A stretch of 64,000 nucleotides of DNA, from contig NW_024704743.1 of NCBI RefSeq assembly GCF_018977255.1, forward strand, positions 82,152,001 through 82,216,000, given 5' to 3'. The notes below the pieces were generated by a model. The model was given only the letters and a program-made list of their open reading frames with translations, did not search any database and was not told where the DNA came from. The position numbers and the translations under genes were made by a program. Origin of the DNA: Callorhinchus milii. Taxonomy: Eukaryota. Shown here piece after piece: positions 50,895-62,165 of the stretch. Each line of letters begins with the position of its first letter. Position 1 is the first letter of the stretch.

Positions 50895-51150
50895 TAATAA
50901 TACCTGCATTTGATGTAGCGCCTTATCACATCTTCAAGACATCTCAAAGCGCTCAGAATATACTGTAAAGTGAATTGACTGTATATTTTGTGGGTGAAAT
51001 ACTGCAACCAATTTCACACAACAGTGTCCCAGGTCACTTTAACGGTCTTGGATTGAAGTGACCTATGTGTTTTTTTTGTAAGGATTTATTACCCCCGGAA
51101 AAGCAATCCGCCAATCGACTATCAATCGGGTTCCTACTTACTACTAGGTA
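50895..51150 (-). mobile_element. tRNA/Deu SINE, long subfamily, 5' truncated
   Basis: Reverse match to 48245-48510. Confidence 0.88.
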
Positions 51151-51859
51151 AACTTTCTGGTTTTGCTTCATAGCTTCAGCAAACAGCTTAGTTTCCTTTT
51201 TTTTAATTTGTCCATCCAAATATCACCAAGAGTGTGTTCTCTTTTATAGGTTACGTACCCTCCTTTTCTTTCCCCACCCCCCACTACCACCACTAACTCC
51301 CAGGGCAACCCAAGTATTGCCCTTGACTAAACCACAAGGAGGAAAGTGGCAGCATCTTGGAAAAGACTCTGATCCATCCGATCCTCCTTCCTCCCCGCAG
51401 AGGGTGTCTGGCCCCTGCTCAACACGTCCCTGCAGCAATATGGATAAGAATCAGCAACTCAGCAGAGTTTTGAGTGTGTGTGTTTGTGTGCAGGGATCAA
51501 GTCCACAGCTTACCATTTCATGGAGCAATACTGCCCCCTCCCTCCCAGTAATAACCTTTTCAGAAGAAAAACCTTGAGATCTACTTGACAACGTGTAGAC
51601 AAGGGCACATTGCTTCCACTCGCTCTCAGTGAAATGCTGTCAGTCAATTGGTTTGTTGTCCTGACATTTACACTGTAGCTTTTTCAATGCCAACAGCCCA
51701 GCCTTGGAATAAAAGGAGCTCTGCTGTGGATTCCAGAGTATCTCACCCCTGAGTGCCGATGTGAGTCTTTACTCAGCGCCTTGGGACATCCTCCCGATGT
51801 GAAAAGCGCTATAAAAATGTAATCTTGTTGTTGTTGTTCACAGACCAGGAGCTCACTTG

Positions 51860-52230
51860 TTAGAATCCTGTTCTACACTGCGTTTGCTGGTCTCAGGTCG
51901 GGCCAGCATGCAAAGGTTAAATTCGCCCTGACCTTGCTAGGATTAGTAAGGATAAAGCAAGAGAGGGTTCCTGCTGCTAGTCCCTCTTCAACACCTCAAT
52001 TGGGTGTATTCATGTGTGGCATCCAAATGAGGAGCAGTTCAGGCTTGACACTGACACCCTCTAAAGTCAAGATAGTTGCCAACACTCACTGTCAAGTCTC
52101 ACACATGAACAGTAGCCACTTGGGCAGAGTACCAGGGGCCAAGCAGAGCTCCGTGAGACCACACCTCAATAAGAGGAGGATCAGGACCAGGAGGATGAGG
52201 GAGGTTTAAGCCAGTGGGGAGAAAATTAGG
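51860..52230 (+). repeat. Ancient SINE-like repeat (family Z), longest copy
   Basis: gggttcctgct, aacactcactgtcaagtctcacacatgaacagtagccacttgggc, accacacc, gccagtg.gaga blocks shared with 23110-23420. Confidence 0.65.
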
Positions 52231-55200
52231 ACACACTAGAGTTAAAAGAAAGTCCTGATTTTCATTATGTCGTATCAACTAATAAAGGTGAGACAACAAG
52301 TGTCATCTTTGTTAAGGAAAATTTGAGAAAATTATGTTCTTACAGCAACAAGTAACAAGGAGCCATTTGCCATCTGTTAATTAGTTTATCGGGGAAGTGT
52401 GAGCTGCTGGAAAGTATCTCCATTAATGAACTGACTCCTTCCTTCCAGCAGCATCTTCTCTGAGGTGGTCAAGAAGGTGATAAATGAAGGGTGGAAAACA
52501 ACATTAACATCACAGGTCTACTAAAGAAAGAAAAACGTGGGTAAGGAAGGGTCTCCTTCCTATTATATGCAGCGTTGAGCAATTGACAAATGTTGCAGAC
52601 TATTCAGGTAGTAAAATGTCTCTTCAAAGAGTAAAAATAGAGGAACTAGACATAGAGGAGAAATAACCGTGTTTTTCACACACAGCAATTTTGAGGTCCT
52701 TGTTGCATCTCTGCAAGACAGTCCAATGAAAAACGTATAAAGAGTGTAGTTGAGTCCCTGTCCCTAGCCTAAGCAGGATGGTCAGAGGCGCACAGGACAC
52801 TCTCTCTGCAGGATGTGTTTTCTTATTTTTAAAGGAAATGTGGCTGGGAATACTTCATGAGTAATGATGTCCTACGTGGTACATCGGTGCTTTGTAAATC
52901 GACAAGTAACCTTAAAATGATATTAAACAACACAAATCTGTATCTGTTACATTAATGTTAATTAATGAATTAATTAAGCATTCCGAAACACTACCCGGTG
53001 TGAAGGGACTTATGTAAGCGCAAGTTGCTGTTGATGTAGTTGCCAGTAATCGTATTTTACTCTTCCATTATTAAGCACCACTTATCCTGATAACTATTGA
53101 GACGAGCATATACAGTCACTCAGAAATGACCGAGGTAAGGTGGGCTCACACTGATAAGAATGGGCATTGGTGGTGGTAGAAAGGCAGTAGAGGCAATGCC
53201 ACCAGCCCACTTTTTTTTGGTCACGTGCGGAAACCCATCACCATGCTTAAGAGTATCCAACCTAAACCCGAGAAATCATGCACCCACCCTACATACAGAA
53301 ATTCCAGAGGTGTTTATTGAAACGGAGTGTGCACTTTATCCCAGGGAGGGAGGGAAGCATGCTTACCCAATTCCGCAGAGCATTTGGCACAGGTTCCCCC
53401 ACCACACCCCATCAAAGGGGTTTTAAATGAACAGAAATGATTATCTTGATAATTACATTATTATTTTCAAATGTTAAAAAACACACTGCCAGTGCCCAGT
53501 GCTTAGCTCACACGTCTCTACACTAGAGCTCTGCCTCTTCACATTGCAGAGCAGTTTGAGCAGGTGTTGAAAATGTGGCTTGTGGTGGCAATACTGTGAA
53601 AATAGAAACTCCTTCAGTTCAGTATAAATTGACATCGATATATTTTTGTCACTCATCTCCTTTTCTGTTTCTAGCCTCGATTTATTTCCTTTCTCTTCAC
53701 AGACATAGTCCATTATCTACACTCTGCAACCTCCCCCCCACCCCACCATCCCCATCCCCCCTAAATAATGATCTGAGTTTAAGTTTACAATCCCATTTAA
53801 AATTGTATACACCTCAATGAGGTCCCACCTTAATTGTTTTTCTCTTGAGATTGAAGAGCTCTAGCTTGCCTGGTCACATTCTTGAAAACAAGGGAGATGG
53901 CGAGGAGAAGGATCACACCTCATCATCTTTTCAAAACAGCTCAAAGCTCTTCACAAGATTTTACTGTAAAGTTTAGTGACTGTGTAGTTGTAGGTGAACC
54001 CAGCAGGCAATTTGCATACGGCAATGGCCCAAAAACAAAAGTAAATGACCAATTTTATTGAAGGTTTGTTGGCCAGGACGCAAAGAGAAACTCCCTTCTC
54101 TTATCGAATAGTGCCTATCATATATATACATCCAAAGAATATAACAGTCCCATGGGATCTTTAATATCCACCTGCACAGGCAGATTTATGATGATAATGA
54201 GCTTGGTTTAACAACTCATCTGAAGGACGGCACCTCCAAGAGTCTCGTACACAGCTGATTACAGAGATATATTTCTAGAGGTCTCAGAATAGACCTTTAT
54301 CTGTGGACATTAGTACATGACACAAGAGCTCAGAGACAGAGGATACACAGGGAAATGTTTTAACTGAAAACAACAGCAAAGAATGTTAGAACAATACAAC
54401 ATTCATGTTCCTATTTTGGATGTCATCTTCAACAATGAGTCACATCCTCAGGACTGCACTGGAATGTCAGTATGGACTGACTTCAAATTCCCTACATGGG
54501 GTTTGATCCCACAAACCTCTCACTCATTGTCAAAGAGGCAAGTAAGTGACCAAAAAGAAAACAGATTCCAAATATGGACTGAATTGAAGAATTTTCCACA
54601 ATTCAGCACCCGGAGGCAAATTTAAATGGGGTTGAAAGAGATGGTGTCACATAACATATTTGCTGCTGTGCAAAAAACTGAAAACTATAGTGAATTCAGC
54701 TGAAAACGACAGAGTTTTACAGGTTAAGACTAGGTGGCTTTGATGTCACTGATCTGTTAAGCAACATCACAGGTCTTGAGTCTTCAAACTTCGGGACATG
54801 TTTCGCTGAAAAAATACACAGCTTTACAATGAATTCCTTGAACGGCTTTGAGTCGTTCTCCCAATAACAAATGTAAATGCAAGAATTATATTGTTATTAT
54901 ATTATGGCAATGCAATTGCAAACTGAGCGATGGGCTGTGTGGGGGGGAGCACAGATACATTTCCTAATGAACAACTTCTCCAGGTTTGAACTTAGTTCTA
55001 ACTGACCCACTTTGAGGTAATGTGAACCACGTGGACTCAACATCGGACAGGGACCATCGGACAGGGACCATGTTAAGATCTAGGTTCAATTAAAAGTAAT
55101 TTTCTATTATCTTTTAAATCACCACAACTTCTGAATTTCCTTTTCTGCATTTTCAAGGCAGTCAGAAATGATAGCCAAAGGAACTAAGGGCAATTTCCAG

Positions 55201-56144
55201 TCGTGCTTTTGTTCTTCCATTTGACAATTGGCAGAAATTTTAAAATGTGTCTTTCATCCAAACCACCAGGCCTCCCAGAGAAAAAAAAGCAGACATGAGC
55301 ATCATCTGAGAAAAATGAAAGATTTTGCTGCTATTGTTATTTACCTCGTACCCTAAGCATAAACTCAATCCGACATGTGCTTGCAATAAGTTCACATGTG
55401 GATTTGCTAAAACTAAAATGAATGGAAATTGACAAACAGGTACATGCTTGGCTCTATCCCCCCCGTCCCCCCACATCTATCAAATTCCCAGAACTATCTA
55501 CTGCTCATTAAACAGCATCAGGAAATCATTACTTGGCTAACTCCTTTCCCAGCAACAGCAGAGGCATGTGGATTTTTTATGTCTAGTTGTTGCATTTCTT
55601 TTGGAAGAGGAGTGGGGGCGAAGAGTAGACATGAAGGAGGAATGACTGATGAGTTTTAACAATGTTAAGCTTCACACCCATTCAGCACTGTAAAGTGCTT
55701 TGAGACATCCTCCTGACATAAAAGGTACTATATTAAAGTAAGTAGTAAATTAGTATTGTATTATAAGACCATAGGCCACCTAGAGATGTGCAATGTGGCT
55801 TCTCTTCTCTAGCTTTAATGGTGTATTGGTCATTTTCTTACACCATTTGATTGTGTAAGTAACAGTTGTGCAAGAAAAAAAGTCACCCTTGACTAATTGC
55901 TGTGACCATCCTAAAGCTCATACTTCACAATGTTATGGTTATTGTGAAGCTGAATTCAATGTAGTTTTCAGTGTTTGAACAGGGGGCAAACCAATAAGGC
56001 ATCTCACTTTGTGGCTGTTTGTGGAACACTACCACATTCCCCACAAGATTGGCTGCAACATTCCCCACAAAATGCTGCCTGTTCACAGGCACTATGTAAA
56101 GGCATAACTCCTGTAAAGTACTTTGAGACATCCGCCCGACATTA

Positions 56145-56950
56145 ACAAGAACAACATCTATATAGTGCTTTTCACGTTGGGAGGATGTTCCAAGGCACTG
56201 GATAGTGAAGGGTGTGCTCTTGAGCTGGAGGTTGGAGTAATGAGGGGTGGAAGGCAAGGGGGTGGGGGTGGGAGGACAACCAAGGACACAGTCAAAGAGG
56301 AAGGTGTTGAGACAGGCCTTGAAGGAGACAAGGGAGTAGGTGAGGTGGAGGGGCCTCAGGATGGAGTTCCAGAGGATGAGGGCAGAAAGACTGAAGCCTG
56401 ACCACTGATGGCAAAGCGGGCTGGGCTGGGGAAATAATAATACTAATAATCCTTGCATTTAATGCAACGACAACAACAACTTGCATTTATGTAGCACCCT
56501 TCACACCGGACGGTGTCTCAGAGCACCTTATCAAATCTTCAAGACGTCTCAAAGTGCTTCACAGGATATACTGCTAATTGAATTGACTGTATATTTTGTG
56601 GGCAAAATATGGCAGCCAATTGCACACAGCAGTGGCCCACAAACAGTCGTGGATTGAGTAACCAAATTATTTTTTAAAAGGGAATATTACCCCTGGAAAA
56701 GCAATCCACCAATCGACTGAAAACTGAGTTCCTACCTTACTGCTAGGTAAACAGAGATGTCTGGAGTAAGGAAACTTGCCTGAAACATTTCACCCCTTCC
56801 GAGAATTGAACCCGGGTCCTTTCACGAGTGCTCTAACCACTAAGTTGCAGGACTCCACACAAATAGAGCAGGCCAGTGTGGAGGGAGCGGACAGATTTTA
56901 GTAGGTCACCGAAGTATGGAGGAGCAAGACCATAGAAGGCTTTAAAAGTG
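56145..56950 (-). mobile_element. L2 3' fragment interrupted by a long-subfamily SINE (56433-56856), itself interrupted by an L2 tail (56463-56522)
   Basis: L2 sequence breaks near 56430 and resumes near 56865; SINE head ggagtcctgcaacttagtggttagagcactc ends at 56856. Confidence 0.88.
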
Positions 56951-59900
56951 AGCACTTTTAAAGGCACTATTTCAATTGTAAGGGTTAATATTGTTTGTTT
57001 CAGCAAATCCACATGTAAGGTCTATAAGTGCAAGTTGCTGGATTCTCTCCCCAGTAATACTTAAGGTTTTTAGTCCATCCCTGTAAAAAAATTATCCTGT
57101 GTCAGAAATAACAGACAGGTGTAAATAGTGCCCAAGGATTATTAATGGCATTGTCATTACCTGAATTGCAGCAAATGGCAAAAAAACAATTACTGAACAA
57201 AAGAGGGAGAGGGTCAGAAGAAATATTTTACACGGAATGAATGCGAGATGGCTAAATGGTTACTGAATCCAAGTGTTTAAGCACCTTTAAAAGAGAATTA
57301 GATACAATATATAATAATAATCCTTGCATTTGATGTAGCACTTTATGATGTTGCACAACATCTCAAGGTGCATTATATGATTTTATTATAAAGTGGAGTG
57401 ACTATATATTTGTCAGCAAATGCAGCAGGCAATTTGCGCACAAACAGCCATGAAGTGAATGACCAATTTTATCTGATCCATACTAAATGGCAAATAATAC
57501 AGTAATATTAAAGAGGACAGTGTAAGCGCAGGGGTATTGGATTGGAGTAATAGCTACAGTCGGGAAGTTAGCTCCAGCACAGACATGATAGACAAATGGC
57601 TTATTTCTGAGCTTGCAACTCTACGATTCTAATCAGGAGAAGTCAATCCATGTCCCCTATCTCCCTCTCACTTGCCCATCAAACATTGGAGGAGTTAGTT
57701 GCAACTGCATGTTAGAGAAATGTGACCAAAAACAAAGAGCAAGTGAACCTTTAGCACACATTGCCTTCCCTTCACATGAAGTTGTGAATTGTAAATGAAA
57801 CACTTGGCTTCTCTGAACACCAAATACATCATTAACATAGCCACACGGTTCATGATTTAATCCTGCTTGGAGACACAATCTCAACAAGAGAGCTGTTCCT
57901 ACAGCAACAATGTTGCCTAAAAGAAGGAGGCAGTAAAACCATGTTTCATAGCAAGCAAAGTTTGTGACAATTCCAAAAGTGTTGCTTCTTTCTATACATT
58001 GGAGTTTTTTTTATAAAAAGGATTTTGTATCAGTTCTTCTTCCATAAAGTGCCAAGGGAGGTGTTGCTTTGTAAAAGGTTTTTTCCTAGGATGAGAATTT
58101 AAATGAAGGTTCCATCTATTCATTCAGGTGAATGTTAAAGATCAACAGTTTGAAAAAGAAGAGTTTCTCTCAGTGTACTGGCCAACAATCCCCCAGATTT
58201 TAAAAATAATGGGACATTCACTTCATGACTGTTGTGTGAGAAATTGGCTGCTGTGTTCACTTACAAATACAGCCACCACACTTTGCAGAAAATCCTTTGA
58301 AGCATTTTGAGGCATTTCAAATTGACAAAGCAGTGTATTAAATGAAAAGATTATTTATTATATATTAGCTCTCTTAATCCCAGAAGAAACATTTTTAGCG
58401 AAGCAGACTCTTTCATGAAGACAAGTGCAATTTTTTATAAAAAAAAGCTAGATAAAAATACAATTTTCATTGACAGCCATAAATATTTTACATTTGGACA
58501 TGCCTTAACTTGCATTTCAAAGGAGAAATCTAAACCTCTTTTACTTCTCAGATGACCTCCACTTGAACACAAAAGGTGAATTGCTCCGCATACCAACATT
58601 CGGCTGTTTCGATTTACAGGAAGAGCAAAGAGAGGAAAATCCTAAACTCACGTAGAATTATATAAAATGATACAGCATAGAAACAGGCCCATGGAAACAG
58701 ATAATCTCAACTAGTGCTTATACAACACACCACTCTCCATCACTCCTATTGCCCTCTCCTATGCCCTTTGATTCCCTCCATTCCCTTCTTCACAATTCTG
58801 TTCCGTTCTACATTACTTTCTTCATCAATAGGCTTATTACAGAGAACATGATTGAAATTGATTGATTTCATCCCAGAGACACAAGGCAATTTTAGGCTTT
58901 TTTATTAATTCAAAGCATTTAAAAGCAAGACAAGTTACATTAGTTCTTTACAAATCCTGCACTTTATTACCGCTTGTTATACAATGCCCCTGCATGTTTG
59001 TGTTATCACTGAAACTCAATTAAAATCAGTACTATATAAATTATCTGAAGGGTTGCACTAATGAATTGTGAAGTGAAAGTATATGAAAGTTCCCCTTAAT
59101 TTCAGATTAGTGTCCTGCTCAAAAACTAACCATGTCAATTAAAGTCTCTGAAGTAGATCAAAGAACTAATCTGAATTTAATACAATTCTCAATATTGACA
59201 AAATAAACTGAGAACTATTAGAGTTTCCCATCACAAAATCTCTTACCTCCACATTATGTGCTCCAGCCAAAGCGATGCAGTGATCTATGTCATAGATGTT
59301 CCCGAGATATTAGGGAGTGTGCATTTCCACAAGCTCCAGTCTCCTCTTCTTGGATGATACATTAAACGGAGGTTCCGTTTGCTCATTCAGGTGGATGTAT
59401 ACAATCCCATTACAGTATTGGGAAAGAGACGAGAGTTTCTCCTGGCCAACATTCCCTCAAATAAATCAGTTGCTCACTTGGTAGCTATTTGTGGGATTTT
59501 GATGAGCACAAATTGGCTGCCAGCATTCGTCTACGTAATCATTACAGCAATTAACTGTGAAACGCTTTGAGAAATTTCAAAGTTGTAGACACTAAACCAA
59601 ATGGAAGGATTATTATTATCCTTCGGCACCTGCCTAAAACAGCATTCTTTATATAAACCTAGACCAGTTTTGCTATAATTTTAATGATGTAACATTAAAA
59701 AAAAACATGTGCATCATGTGGCACATCAAAAAGGGGAGAGAGTGAACAGATTAGAAGATTATGGCTGTTTTAGGATTTTAGCTCAGGAATGAATGGAGTG
59801 ATGGCAAACATTTTGTTACTGTGCTGCCATACGCTCAATAAGTTTTGGAAATGTTGACAATAGACCAATTGTACAGTACAAAATGCCTGCACATTTTGTT

Positions 59901-61146
59901 CAAGAGCACAAAAAACCCTTGGCTTTTTTAAAAAATTAAATTAAGAACAGAAACGTCTTTAGTGGAAATAGTTCAAAATATAATTTCTCTACATTTCTTC
60001 TGAATGTTTCAACAGGGTTTGTCAATTTCACAGCGTCTGTAATTTTCCAGTTAATACTCTGTGGTTTTTCTCCTTATGTCAGTAAGATTGTTTGTCTGTT
60101 AATTGCATGGATGTTTGTCTACAAAAAGTATAGATTTGTGGTCTGCATTTTTGTGGTTGGTAAATTTCACAGACAAATAAGGCTTTGTATAGGTTTTTCA
60201 GCCCTCACTCTTTACAAGGCTGTCATCTCACACAGATCTGTTGACTTAACTTTCAGTGACATAAAAGTCAACTTTGGATGGAGCATTTTACCTGGCTCTA
60301 CCAATCACCCATTAATCCATGAGTCAATCATATGTCTGGATGTGTTTTTGACAAACTGGAAAGTTGAACCAAAAGCCCTGACAAAAGATGCATGCAGTTG
60401 CACCATTCAATGTTATTATGCATAAACCTCCCAGGGGCTTCATGTAGGAACAGAAGGTCGAGCTTAATAATAAATTCCACATGGATGAAATCTGCGACAT
60501 TTTTCAACAGATTCAAAGTATTTGAAGACATTAAAGATCCCATGGCACTATTTGAACTGAGAAGGGAGTTTCTCCCAGTTCCAGTCAAAAAAAGAGAAAG
60601 CACTTGGGAGGTCCTGCTGACATGAACAGCAGTAGATAAATGTAAATTTATATTATATTGTTGACATGCACTTCATGGCTTTTTTAAGGAACTTTGTGCA
60701 CAAATTGATTGCCACACTCACTACACTTAACAATAATTACTGTGAATAACTCTGAGACATTTTGACGTTATCAGCAGTACAAATGCAAGAATTATTATTA
60801 TTATATTTTGCTGCATCTTCTCAATTTGTGCCTGGGATATTCTCAACCTTTTTTTGTTGAATCAGGCATCTGACACATGTGGAAACCCATACCATATTAA
60901 GATATCTAAACCAAACAGAGCTCCATGCATCCCACCATGGAAATTCTCAAAATATTTATTGGAATGGAATGGAAACTCTCTCACTAGAGGGATGCATCCT
61001 TCTTACCTAATTCTGGAGAATATTAGGTGCAGGTTGTCAAGAACCAAGGTTTGGGGACCCCAGAGTGTTCTTTGGGATACTGCTGAAGTCCAACCAGCTA
61101 AAACCAGGTATCTTATACTAAAATAATAATAATAATCCTTGCATTT

Positions 61147-62165
61147 GGAGTCCTGTAGCTTAGTGTTCAGGGCACTTGCCTCGCAAGCGAGAGACCTGAG
61201 TTCGATTCCCAGGCAGGGTGAAACATTAGGCAAGTTTCCTTATTTCACACGCCTCTGATTACCTATCAATAAGGAACCGGTTGTTAGTCAATTGTCGGAT
61301 AGCTTTTCAGGGGGTAACAATCCCTTAAAAAAATGATCATAATAATAATTTGGTCACTCAATCTACGTTTGTAGGACACTGCTGTCCGCAATTGGCAATT
61401 GGCTTTGAGACGTCTCAAAGACATGATAAGGCAACAACAACAAGATTATATTTGTATAGCGCTTTTCACGTTGGGAGGACGTCCCAAAGCTCTGGACAGT
61501 GTACAGTATTTCAGACCTGAGCTGGGGTCAGCGGGGGAGAAGGGAGGGGAGGAGAAGGAGGGTGGCCGATGCCATGGTCGAAGAGGAGGGTATTGAGGCG
61601 GGACTTGAAGGAGGCTAAGGAGGGGGCGAGGTGGAGTGATTGGGGGATGGAATTCCAGAGGTTGGGGGCAGAGTGGCTGATGGCTCTCCCACCAATGGTG
61701 GGGCAGGTGGGTCGGGGGACATGGAGCAGGCCGTAAATCTACAACAACAAAATTACATTTGTATAGCGCCTTACACGTTGGGAGGATGTCCTTGCATATC
61801 AAATGCAAGGATTATTATTATTGTTGCATTTGATATAGCGCCTTATCACATCGTTGAAACGTCTCAAAGTGCTTCACAGAATATGTTGCAAAGTGAATTG
61901 ACCATATATTTTGTGGGAGAAATGCAGCAGTCAATTGCACACAGCAGTGACCCACAAACAGTCGTGGATTGAGTGACTAAATTATTATTATTTTTAAGGG
62001 ATTATTACCCCTGCAAAATGATCCACCAATCGACTAACAAATGCTAGTTACTGCTAGGTAAGTGGAAGCATGTTGAGTAAGGAAACTTGCCTAAGGTTTT
62101 GCCTTGCCCAGGCATCAAATCCGGGTGCTCTCGCTCATGAGGCAAGTAACCAATATATTACAGGA
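61147..62165. mobile_element. Nested cluster: SINE(+) split by L2(-) and an extra L2 tail, abutting SINE(-)
   Basis: SINE 61147-61431 resumes at about 61795; L2 61432-61732; tail 61741-61792; second SINE 61822-62165. Confidence 0.88.
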
